IMG/VR virus record: IMGVR_UViG_3300021181_000008
Location: 14,970-78,969 of that record
Reading direction: 5' to 3' (one strand)
From: a virus
DNA length: 64,000 nt
Part shown: in pieces, positions 1 through 7,354 of the stretch
How positions within the stretch are numbered: position 1 is the stretch's first letter
How the letters are laid out: each line of letters starts with the position of its first letter
Translations under genes and position numbers: made by a program
Notes under the pieces: generated by a model
Told to the model about the DNA's origin: nothing
What the model saw: only the letters and a program-made list of their open reading frames with translations
Database searches by the model: none

Positions 1-2
1 CG

Positions 3-299
3 GTCAACGGCGTCACCGGCACCCCGATCGGAATGCCCAACGCCCCGCTCCCCCTCTCGCAGGACCCGGCGAGCTTCCTGGCGAGCCTGATCTCCGTGCA
101 GCGGGACGCGAGCATGCCGTACGAGGCGCGGGTCGCGGCACAGGATTTCCTGGTCGCCATTGCCGAGCGAGCGGACAACATCCGCAAGCACGAGCCCGAC
201 GAGGAGATCTCCCAGGACAGCCTGTACGCCCCCAGCGTTCGGTCGCGGCCTGACCTTGAGGACCGCATCAACGACGACAGGCGACGCGGGCACCTGTGA
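3..299 (+). CDS. 3' end of a gene truncated by the window start, probably the portal protein C-terminal extension
   Basis: The frame is open from nt 3 (VNGVTGTPIGMPN...). It lies directly upstream of the prohead protease, the canonical portal slot. No portal motif is visible. Confidence 0.4.
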   Translation, partial: VNGVTGTPIGMPNAPLPLSQDPASFLASLISVQRDASMPYEARVAAQDFLVAIAERADNIRKHEPDEEISQDSLYAPSVRSRPDLEDRINDDRRRGHL

Positions 300-323
300 T
301 TCTGTTCGAGGTACCGTTGCACG

Positions 324-355
324 TTGAGGTAGCACTACCTACCCTGAGCGTAGGA
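324..355 (+). promoter_or_regulatory. Late promoter box, copy 1 (TTGAGGTAGCACT-N3-TACCCT)
   Basis: 28/32 nt identical to 26816-26847. Contains the TANNNT -10 TACCCT at 340-345, upstream of the protease gene. Confidence 0.65.
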
Positions 356-384
356 GCAATATGCCCTCGGGAGGGTGAACGTAG

Positions 385-1575
385 ATGGCAACACTGTCGG
401 CCGCAGCTCGCAAGTCGCTGCCGGACTCTGCCTATGCGTACATCGACCCGCAGGGCGGACGGCACTTTCCGATACATGACAAGGCGCACGTCATCGCGGC
501 GCTACGGCTCGGCCCGCGTTCTCCAATGTGGGCCAAGGCAAAGGGCAAGGTAATGGCTGCTGCTAAGAAGTTCGGCGTGGGCACCGAGTCCGACACGGGC
601 CGGTCGCTTGAGTCTCTGTACCCCGAGATCCGGTTCTACCCGGACAAGGTGGAGCTGCGCTCCGTCGAGGACACGATCCACATCACCGGCTATGCGTCGG
701 TGTTCGGCGCGGTCTCCCGTCGTCTCGGCGGATTCCACGAGAAGGTTCTACCCACCGCGTTCAACCGCGCGATGGAAGAGAACTGGCCGAACGTGGTGTG
801 CCGGTACAACCACAAGGACGACTACGTTCTAGGCACCACGGGCGCGGACACCTGCCGCCTGAGCATCGACGAGCGCGGACTGCACTACGACGTCCAGCCG
901 CCGACCACCCGAGGTGACGTTACCGAGCTGGTTCAGCGCGGCGACGTTCGCTACTCCAGCTTCGCGTTCCGCTGCGTGGACGAGGAGAGCGACTCCTGGG
1001 AGAAGTCGGAGTACAACCTGCCGATGCGGTCGCTGCACAGCGTCGAGCTGGTGGATGTGGCTCCGGTCATGGACCCCGCTTACCGCGACACTACGGCGAT
1101 GGCGCGCAACATCACGGGCGCGGTCGAGTCGCTGGCCCGCTGGGTGGACGAGGACCCGGTTCAGGTCCGCTCCATGATGGAGGCCGGCCAGGCCATCAAG
1201 TTCTTCAAGCGCACCGACCGTCCGAGCGTTCCGAAGCTGGACGCCGCGTCGGCCGAGCAGCGTCAGGCGTGCGATGACATCGCCGTTTCCCTGCGCTCGC
1301 GCTGGGCGAAGTTCGAGGAGAACGTCGCTGACGAGGAGCGCGTCGCCAACCTGATCGACGACGACGGCAAGGTCACCAGCCTTGACGGCACCGAGACGGA
1401 TGTGGAGACCCCGACCGTCACGGACATGCTGGACGAGGACGGCAAGCTCGACATCGGCGACCAGGAGACCCCTGCTGTCGAAGACGAGACCCCGGCCGAG
1501 CAGGACGACCTGGCTCTGGCTCGCCAGTTCCTCGACGAGTTCGAGGGCCGTGGCGAGCCGGACATGGACATCTGA
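385..1575 (+). CDS. HK97-family prohead protease with an N-terminal DUF6582-like domain and an acidic C-terminal tail
   Basis: Motifs ITGYASVF, GGFHEKVLPTAF, YNHKDDYVLG, RGDVRYSSFAF and ELVDVAPVMDPAY. N-terminus RKSLPDSAYAY...FPIHDKAHV..AL. Confidence 0.93.
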   Translation: MATLSAAARKSLPDSAYAYIDPQGGRHFPIHDKAHVIAALRLGPRSPMWAKAKGKVMAAAKKFGVGTESDTGRSLESLYPEIRFYPDKVELRSVEDTIHITGYASVFGAVSRRLGGFHEKVLPTAFNRAMEENWPNVVCRYNHKDDYVLGTTGADTCRLSIDERGLHYDVQPPTTRGDVTELVQRGDVRYSSFAFRCVDEESDSWEKSEYNLPMRSLHSVELVDVAPVMDPAYRDTTAMARNITGAVESLARWVDEDPVQVRSMMEAGQAIKFFKRTDRPSVPKLDAASAEQRQACDDIAVSLRSRWAKFEENVADEERVANLIDDDGKVTSLDGTETDVETPTVTDMLDEDGKLDIGDQETPAVEDETPAEQDDLALARQFLDEFEGRGEPDMDI

Positions 1576-1585
1576 GGAGGCGATT

Positions 1586-1660
1586 ATGGCTCTTTGGCTG
1601 ATCATCGTGATCATCGTGCTGGCTGTCCTACTGGGCACCTTCCTGATTCGTCACCTCTGA
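1586..1660 (+). CDS. 24-aa single-TM microprotein (MALWLIIVIIVLAVLLGTFLIRHL)
   Basis: GAGGAGG RBS at 1574-1580 and a fully hydrophobic helix. The ORF track shows it only as the tail of a longer ORF. Confidence 0.6.
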   Translation: MALWLIIVIIVLAVLLGTFLIRHL

Positions 1661-1711
1661 AAAGTTTTTAAGGCGGGCTATGCGAACACCGGTTCGTTGT
1701 GCTTTCCTGAA

Positions 1712-1758
1712 ATAGAACCTCCCGTCGAGGCCGTGCGCTGATGCGCTCTGGAGCCGGC
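1712..1758 (+). ncRNA. Putative structured cis-regulatory RNA in the capsid gene leader
   Basis: Aligns with 26842-26885 in the tail-tube leader (CCCGTCG.GG.CGTGCGC-loop-GC.C..GGAGCCGGC) and forms nested stems. Confidence 0.55.
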
Positions 1759-1789
1759 GATCAAGATGCCTCTTGAAGGGATTAACACC

Positions 1790-3241
1790 GTGGCATCGGA
1801 ACTCGCCCAGTCGCTCAACGACACTCGGCTTCGCCTTGCGGAGGAGCTGAAGGGCCTCAACGCAACCGTCGCTGCTGAGAAGCGCAACGTCTTCACCACC
1901 GACGAGAAGATCAAGTACGAGAACCTCCACAACGAGCTGGACTCGGTGGACACCCGCCTGCGCGGGATCCTCGCCGACGAGAAGCGCGACAAGGAGACCT
2001 CCGCAGCGTTCGACGACCTCGGCGGACGGCAGGCGACCAACCTGCGCAGCAAGAGCCAGACCGAGGACCCGTTCACGGAGCGCGCTCGCGCCTTCCTCGA
2101 CCGGGACCGCGCCGACGTTCGCTCGCTGGACATCGGCGACTGGAAGTCCTCGCGACTGGTCAATCGCCTGATCGAGAACCGCTCGACCGGCCCGGCGACC
2201 CAGTTCCCCGGCGGCGGCCTGACTCCGTACGAGTCTCGTGTGCTGTACGACAACTACGTCGGCGGTGGCACCCCTGGATCGTTCACCAACGTCTCCGGTG
2301 CCGGCCTCGTGCCGATCGACTTCTACGACCAGATGATCTCGTACCTCATTGAGGTCTCCGGCCTCATGCAGTGCGGCCCCTCGGTCATCAACTCGCAGGG
2401 TGGAGAGCCCCTCCAGATCCCCTACGTCACCAACCAGACCGGCCAGACCACGGCCGGCGCGCAGGTGAACATCTCCGCTCAGCAGGGTGCGCCGCTTCCG
2501 GGCGCTGACCCCGGCTTCGGGCAGAAGACGCTCTCGTCGAACAAGTTCGGCATCCTCGTCCAGGTCGCTCGCGAGCTGATCGACGACTCCGGCATCAACC
2601 TGCTCCAGTACCTGGCGATGTCGGCCGGGCGCGCGGTGGGCAACATGCTCGGAACCTCGCTGGTCAACGGCACCAACGGAATGTCCGGCGGAATCGTCGC
2701 CGGTACCAACTCCGCTCCGGTGGCCGTGACCGGTGGCCTGTCCAACGTCATCTCGGCGCAGTACAACACGCCGGGCGGCACGGGCATCACCGGTGCTCCG
2801 ACCTACAACAACCTGCTGGACCTTGAGTACAGCATCATCGCCCCGTACCGTCAGTCGCGCTCGTGCTACTGGCTGGCGGCGGACAAGACGCTGGGTCTGC
2901 TTCGCAAGATGGTGGACACCAACGCTCGTCCCGTCTGGGAGCCCTCGACGATCCTCGGGTCGCCGGACCTCCTGCTGGGCAAGCCGCTGGTCGCGGACCC
3001 GTTCATGCCGGCCTACGGGCAGACGGCGGGCACCGGGAACAAGTCCATCGCGTTCGGCGACTTCTCGCAGTACTTCGTGCGCCTCATCGGCGGAGTGCGG
3101 TTCGAGCGGTCGGACGACTTCGCCTTCAACACGGACCTGGTGACCTTCCGTGCCATCGTCCGTGCGGACGGGAACCTGATGAACCCGCCCACCTCGATCA
3201 CCACGCAGCCGCTCCAGCTTTTCCAGGGCGGCGCGAGCTGA
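1790..3241 (+). CDS. Major capsid protein, HK97 fold, with N-terminal coiled-coil delta domain
   Basis: Motifs GAGLVPIDF, KFGILVQVARELIDDS, LLGKPLV, IAFGDFSQYFVR, FNTDLVTFRAIVRADG. GTG start at 1790 follows a GAAGGG SD; the ORF track start is 1766. Confidence 0.96.
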   Translation: MASELAQSLNDTRLRLAEELKGLNATVAAEKRNVFTTDEKIKYENLHNELDSVDTRLRGILADEKRDKETSAAFDDLGGRQATNLRSKSQTEDPFTERARAFLDRDRADVRSLDIGDWKSSRLVNRLIENRSTGPATQFPGGGLTPYESRVLYDNYVGGGTPGSFTNVSGAGLVPIDFYDQMISYLIEVSGLMQCGPSVINSQGGEPLQIPYVTNQTGQTTAGAQVNISAQQGAPLPGADPGFGQKTLSSNKFGILVQVARELIDDSGINLLQYLAMSAGRAVGNMLGTSLVNGTNGMSGGIVAGTNSAPVAVTGGLSNVISAQYNTPGGTGITGAPTYNNLLDLEYSIIAPYRQSRSCYWLAADKTLGLLRKMVDTNARPVWEPSTILGSPDLLLGKPLVADPFMPAYGQTAGTGNKSIAFGDFSQYFVRLIGGVRFERSDDFAFNTDLVTFRAIVRADGNLMNPPTSITTQPLQLFQGGAS

Positions 3242-3255
3242 TCTAGCTCAACCGA

Positions 3256-3294
3256 AGAACGACCGTCATCAGCTATGCTGGTGGCGGTCGTTCT
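3256..3294 (+). terminator. 18-bp stem hairpin after the capsid gene
   Basis: AGAACGACCGTCATCAGC-TAT-GCTGGTGGCGGTCGTTCT. The G-U pairs favour a + strand RNA. Confidence 0.75.
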
Positions 3295-3317
3295 CGTTTC
3301 CGACGAAAGGAATCCCG

Positions 3318-3746
3318 ATGAGTACCGAATGGGCAATCCCGCAGCAGCTCCTCACTGATGCCTCCCTGCCGGCCGGGCCGGCTCCCAACCCGCCGACTGT
3401 GCCCGATCCTTCACCGGGTACGCCAGTCACCAGCGGCACCCAGGACTGGGAGCGTGTGATGTCCCAGCACGCACTCCAGCTCACCACCGCTGATTTCGCC
3501 GGATTCGGCAGCATCAACGTCGTACTCATGGGCTCCCTTGACGGGACGAACTGGTACACGATCCTGACGGCAAATCCCAATGACCTGACCGGTGGCGATC
3601 CGCCTACTGCCACTGACGGAACATTCATGGTCGTCGCTACAGGGATGCCTGCGCGGTACGTTCAGATCGTTGCAACGGCATACTCGTTCAGTTCTTCTGT
3701 CGCATCTGGGACGGTGGTAGCTGCCATCGTCACTGCGCGGGAATAG
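3318..3746 (+). CDS. Hypothetical beta-sandwich protein, possible capsid decoration
   Basis: GAAAGGAA RBS. Motif VVLMGSLDGTNWY...ARYVQIV is typical of small jelly-roll virion proteins. Follows the capsid gene. Confidence 0.6.
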   Translation: MSTEWAIPQQLLTDASLPAGPAPNPPTVPDPSPGTPVTSGTQDWERVMSQHALQLTTADFAGFGSINVVLMGSLDGTNWYTILTANPNDLTGGDPPTATDGTFMVVATGMPARYVQIVATAYSFSSSVASGTVVAAIVTARE

Positions 3747-3763
3747 CGTTAGCTCGGCGCAGC

Positions 3764-3798
3764 CGGAACCCCTATCAGCTAAGCTGGTAGGGGTTCCG
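3764..3798 (+). terminator. Hairpin sharing a 15-nt core with 3256-3294
   Basis: CGGAACCCCTATCAGC-TAA-GCTGGTAGGGGTTCCG. Confidence 0.7.
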
Positions 3799-3816
3799 CC
3801 GTTCCTAGGAGATGAC

Positions 3817-4179
3817 ATGGCACTCACAAGCCTCAATGCGCCCCCGCCCGAGCCCCAGCCGCTCGGTCCCGTCCCGCAGGGCCACCGCCGAGTGATGTTC
3901 CTGAGTCCCTACAACATGTCTGACCTCAACGCGGGCAAGGATGAGGTCCGTGATGTGCCTACTGACCTCGCCCAGCAGTACGTGAGGAACGGCATGGCGA
4001 TGATGTTCGATGACCTGCCGCCTGAGCCCGAGCCTGAGGTAGTCGAGGTCGAGCGACCGGCCATGAACGCACCCAAGGCCGCCTGGGTCGATTACGCCGT
4101 CTCGCAGGGCATGAACAAGCTGGACGCCCAGTGCATGACCAAGGCCGACCTCCAGAACGAGTACAACGAGCGGCTCTAG
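3817..4179 (+). CDS. Small head-associated protein with a C-terminal helical (HeH-like) motif
   Basis: AGGAGA RBS. The C-terminal RP..NAPKAAWVDYAV..G......MTKADL motif is common in actinophage post-capsid genes. Confidence 0.65.
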   Translation: MALTSLNAPPPEPQPLGPVPQGHRRVMFLSPYNMSDLNAGKDEVRDVPTDLAQQYVRNGMAMMFDDLPPEPEPEVVEVERPAMNAPKAAWVDYAVSQGMNKLDAQCMTKADLQNEYNERL

Positions 4180-4904
4180 AAGTCGTCCCAGTACTCGCGG
4201 CGGACGAACTGTAGCCACTGCTCGACGACGCCCTCGTCAGCGACATCGGGCAGTACGCCGGGAATGTCGAACTCGCCCTCGGCCCACTTGAGGTAGTCCA
4301 CGGCCATGTCGAGGTTCCCGGCCGCCACCTCCTCGCCGAACAGGCGGCAGAGCCCTGCCTGACCGTCGCGCAGCCTGACCGTCAGCTTGCCTGTCCGGTG
4401 AAGTTCGACACCCTGCTCCAGCAGTCGCCACAGGTGGCGTGCGTGCTTCTCGGTGCGCTTGCGGGTGTCGGAGCTGAACGAGCCGTCCTCCCTGTTCTTG
4501 ATGCGGCGGAACTGCTGGCTGGCATAGCCGAAGTAGGCATCGCGGACGTACTTCTCCGACAGAAACGTCTTCCGGATGTCGATGAGCATCTCGCCCGCGT
4601 CCTGCGACACCTCGTACTCGTCCAGCCACAGCAGCTCGGTCACCGTGGGATTGCAGTGCAGCAGCAGGCCGGCCAGCTTGCCCGCTTCGTGGTAGGTGAA
4701 GTCGGGGGCGGTGCCGTGCCAGGTGGACGTCTTGACAGTGGGAGGATGCAGCCCGTGAAGCTGGGAAGTGGGCGCGACATAGCACCCGATCCGGTCAATG
4801 TCCGAGGCGGGAGTGGCAAGGCCATAGGCAGTCGAGCCGTTTATGCCACCGAGGATTAGTTCTCCGCGGGGATTGGGGTCTTCGAGAGGAAGCATGCGTG
4901 TCAT
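4176..4904 (-). CDS. Pol-beta superfamily nucleotidyltransferase (RlaP/YcgL-like)
   Basis: GSTAYGLATPASDIDRIG (GS...DxD), NPTVTELLW, YFGYASQQ, KHARHLWRLL. Confidence 0.88.
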   Translation of the reverse strand: MTRMLPLEDPNPRGELILGGINGSTAYGLATPASDIDRIGCYVAPTSQLHGLHPPTVKTSTWHGTAPDFTYHEAGKLAGLLLHCNPTVTELLWLDEYEVSQDAGEMLIDIRKTFLSEKYVRDAYFGYASQQFRRIKNREDGSFSSDTRKRTEKHARHLWRLLEQGVELHRTGKLTVRLRDGQAGLCRLFGEEVAAGNLDMAVDYLKWAEGEFDIPGVLPDVADEGVVEQWLQFVRREYWDDF

Positions 4905-4966
4905 CCTACTATGCTCGCGCGGCGCAACTCTCTATCCTGGGGGTAGGACTACAGAGGAGAAGAACC

Positions 4967-5503
4967 ATGGCTACTGCACGCGACGGGTCGAACCCCGGCC
5001 GCACGGGCGTCCCTGCGCGGCAGGACCCGTCTCCCGCTCGCCACGGGCGGGCGTCGAGTCTTGACCCGACTGTTCAGGAAGGCCAGCTCCCCAGCGAGAT
5101 CTTCGGCCTTCCCACCGACATCAAGTCGAGCGGAATGAAGGGGTCCAGCGCTGCCAAGCAGCCGGCGGACGTCACCCTGCACCCCGGCCAGCTCGACGAC
5201 GACCTCGGCCACACCGCAGAGCAGTTCGTCACGGACTCCGGCATGCCGGGCTCGGGCGGCGCTTCACCGCAGGCTGGCGGCGAGTCCGTCACCTACACCG
5301 ACCCTTACGGGATCATCGGTGGCGTGAACCGCGACGTTCACACCAGCGGCGCGACCAGCGGCCCGGGCGACTGGACCACGTGGGGCGACGACAACGGCTT
5401 CAGCGGACCGACGCTGCCCGGCCTGGAGAACAACCGGCCGACCGACTCCGGCATCGGCCACGGCCACGTGAGCGCTCACGCGCACCCCAACGCCGGGCAG
5501 TAA
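4967..5503 (+). CDS. Gly/Asp/Ser-rich, probably disordered protein
   Basis: TATCCT -10 upstream and GAGGAG RBS. Internal repeats GQL and SGMxG. Confidence 0.7.
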   Translation: MATARDGSNPGRTGVPARQDPSPARHGRASSLDPTVQEGQLPSEIFGLPTDIKSSGMKGSSAAKQPADVTLHPGQLDDDLGHTAEQFVTDSGMPGSGGASPQAGGESVTYTDPYGIIGGVNRDVHTSGATSGPGDWTTWGDDNGFSGPTLPGLENNRPTDSGIGHGHVSAHAHPNAGQ

Positions 5504-5506
5504 GTC

Positions 5507-5785
5507 ATGAGCTTCTGGGCGTCGGCCAACTCACCGAACCAGGGGTATGCACCCGGCGCGCAAGTCGGGTACATCCCTCGGGCAGATGCGCCGGCCGGCA
5601 GCCAGACAGCAGGAGCTTTCGGACCGATGGCGGGCGGGTTCGGCGAACGTGTGCCGGACCCGAACCCCGTACCCGAAGATGAGACACCAGAAGAGGAGGT
5701 GCCTGATGGCGAGCAAGGGCTTCACGAAGAACAGCTCGGGGAAGTCGTTCGAGGAGATGTCGAACGGAGTGACGGACCTGAGTGA
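5507..5785 (+). CDS. Small Pro/Glu/Gly-rich hypothetical protein
   Basis: ATG 3 nt after the upstream stop. Its 3' end overlaps the next gene. Confidence 0.55.
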   Translation: MSFWASANSPNQGYAPGAQVGYIPRADAPAGSQTAGAFGPMAGGFGERVPDPNPVPEDETPEEEVPDGEQGLHEEQLGEVVRGDVERSDGPE

Positions 5786-5990
5786 CCTGGCCAAGGGGTC
5801 GCTGATGTGCGGCGAGTCCATGAGTGGCGGCAACATGGTCACGGCCAAGGTCACGTCCGAGCAGCTTGCCGCGCCGGGCACCCCGTCCGAGCAGACCGCG
5901 ACGAACATCCTCGGCGAGGATCTCAACGCCAACCACATCCACGATCCGGCTGCGTGCCCGCAGACGAACGACCGTAAGGAAGTCCACTGA
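5706..5990 (+). CDS. Small hypothetical protein (MASKGFTKNSSG...)
   Basis: GAGGAGG RBS before ATG 5706. TGATG coupling to the next gene. Confidence 0.65.
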   Translation: MASKGFTKNSSGKSFEEMSNGVTDLSDLAKGSLMCGESMSGGNMVTAKVTSEQLAAPGTPSEQTATNILGEDLNANHIHDPAACPQTNDRKEVH

Positions 5991-6238
5991 TGGCCGAATC
6001 CTGGGGGCCGGTAGGCCACCCCACCACCGAGGGCAAGACCCCCGGCTCACCTGACGGCGAGGTTGTCGAGGCCGGTCACGGCGGCGTGAACTACAACGCC
6101 ACCGATGGCCGCCACAGCAAGCCCGATCACGAGGGCTGGGTCTCCGTTGACCCCAAGTCCGGCTCGGTCAGCGACACCGACTGGGCCGACCAGACCGGGC
6201 GCTTCGCTGACGGGCCTGGACCGTGGCGTCAGACCTGA
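5990..6238 (+). CDS. Small Gly/Asp-rich hypothetical protein
   Basis: Translationally coupled, with GC3 codon bias. Confidence 0.65.
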   Translation: MAESWGPVGHPTTEGKTPGSPDGEVVEAGHGGVNYNATDGRHSKPDHEGWVSVDPKSGSVSDTDWADQTGRFADGPGPWRQT

Positions 6239-6957
6239 GTTTCAAGCTTGGCAGGAACCCCGGCCATGTGCCCAACGGTCTACGCGACCTGACCTGGTAC
6301 GTGGCCGGAGATCTGCCCGCGCCGCCTGTTCGCCGCCCTGTGCCGCCTCCGGGCAACGGCAACTGGGGCATGGACGGCAACGACGTCTACGGTGATTGCG
6401 GCGTCGCGGGCCTCCACCACGGGGACATGTGCGTCGAGTACGACACGGCCACGCCGGTTGTCCCGATCACCTCCGACCAGATCACCCAGTACTACCTGAG
6501 CTACACGGGCGGGCAAGACAACGGCGTGGTCCTCGCGGACTTCCTGGGCTACGTGCAGAAGACCGGCTTCTTCGGCCACTCGGTCGATGCGTACGCGCCG
6601 GTCAGCATCAGCGACATGAAGACGCTCCAGTTCGCCACCAACGCGTACGGCTTCTGCTACACGGGCATCCAGGTGACCGACCTGATGATGAACGCGTCGA
6701 GCGCCGGCCAGCCGTGGACCGCGGACACGTTCGCCAACGGCACCGTCGAGGGCGGCCACTGCGTGCCGATCATCGGCTACGGCACCGACAACCTGTACGT
6801 CGCCACCTGGGGCATGATGCAGGCCATCGAGTACAGCGCCTGGCACCTCATCGCCGAAGAGGCGTGGGCCGTGCTCATGAGCGAAGTGACGGCCAAGGGC
6901 AACCACGGCATCAACCTCGCCGCACTCAAGGCGGACATCTCCAAGCTCAAGGTGTGA
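6223..6957 (+). CDS. Papain-like (C1/C39-type) cysteine peptidase
   Basis: Catalytic Cys in GNDVYGDCGVAG, His in GGHCVPIIGY, then YVATWG. Confidence 0.78.
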   Translation: MASDLSFKLGRNPGHVPNGLRDLTWYVAGDLPAPPVRRPVPPPGNGNWGMDGNDVYGDCGVAGLHHGDMCVEYDTATPVVPITSDQITQYYLSYTGGQDNGVVLADFLGYVQKTGFFGHSVDAYAPVSISDMKTLQFATNAYGFCYTGIQVTDLMMNASSAGQPWTADTFANGTVEGGHCVPIIGYGTDNLYVATWGMMQAIEYSAWHLIAEEAWAVLMSEVTAKGNHGINLAALKADISKLKV

Positions 6958-6960
6958 CCG

Positions 6961-7281
6961 ATGTGGTGGGCAGAGCTGATGACCTGGCTCTACGTGCACT
7001 TCGGCGTCAAGGGCTTCGGGCCTTACTACGGCTTCTGGTCGGGCGCGGGCTCTGACCTGGGCGAGGCGTCTCTCCTGATCGCCATTCTCGCGGCGATGTG
7101 GCACATGTTCCGCGTGCACAACTGCGAAGTTCATCACTGCTGGCGCATCGGCCGTCACAAGACCCTCGTCGGCCACTGCGTCTGCCGCAAGCATCACCCC
7201 GACATGCCCGACAAGCCGCCGACCGCGACGTGCGTTGCCGCAGAGCATGAGAGGGCCAAGGATGCGGCTGATCCTGGTTGA
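6961..7281 (+). CDS. Membrane protein with Cys/His-rich C-terminus
   Basis: Hydrophobic segment followed by HNCEVHHCWRIGRH and CVCRKHHP. Confidence 0.65.
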   Translation: MWWAELMTWLYVHFGVKGFGPYYGFWSGAGSDLGEASLLIAILAAMWHMFRVHNCEVHHCWRIGRHKTLVGHCVCRKHHPDMPDKPPTATCVAAEHERAKDAADPG

Positions 7282-7354
7282 GATCCTGGTACCTTTGATT
7301 CCGATCGTCGCGGGACTCACACTGCTCTGGCTAGCGAAGAGGTATCACTGGTGA
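7262..7354 (+). CDS. 30-aa TM peptide (MRLILVEILVPLIPIVAGLTLLWLAKRYHW)
   Basis: Not in the ORF track. GAGAGGG upstream, and GTGA coupling to the gene at 7351. Confidence 0.5.
   Translation: MRLILVEILVPLIPIVAGLTLLWLAKRYHW

Noticed and set aside
1790-3241. N-x-S/T sequon enrichment in the capsid as evidence of N-glycosylation
   Set aside because: About 8 of 29 Asn are in sequons, not clearly above expectation for such a Ser/Thr-rich protein.
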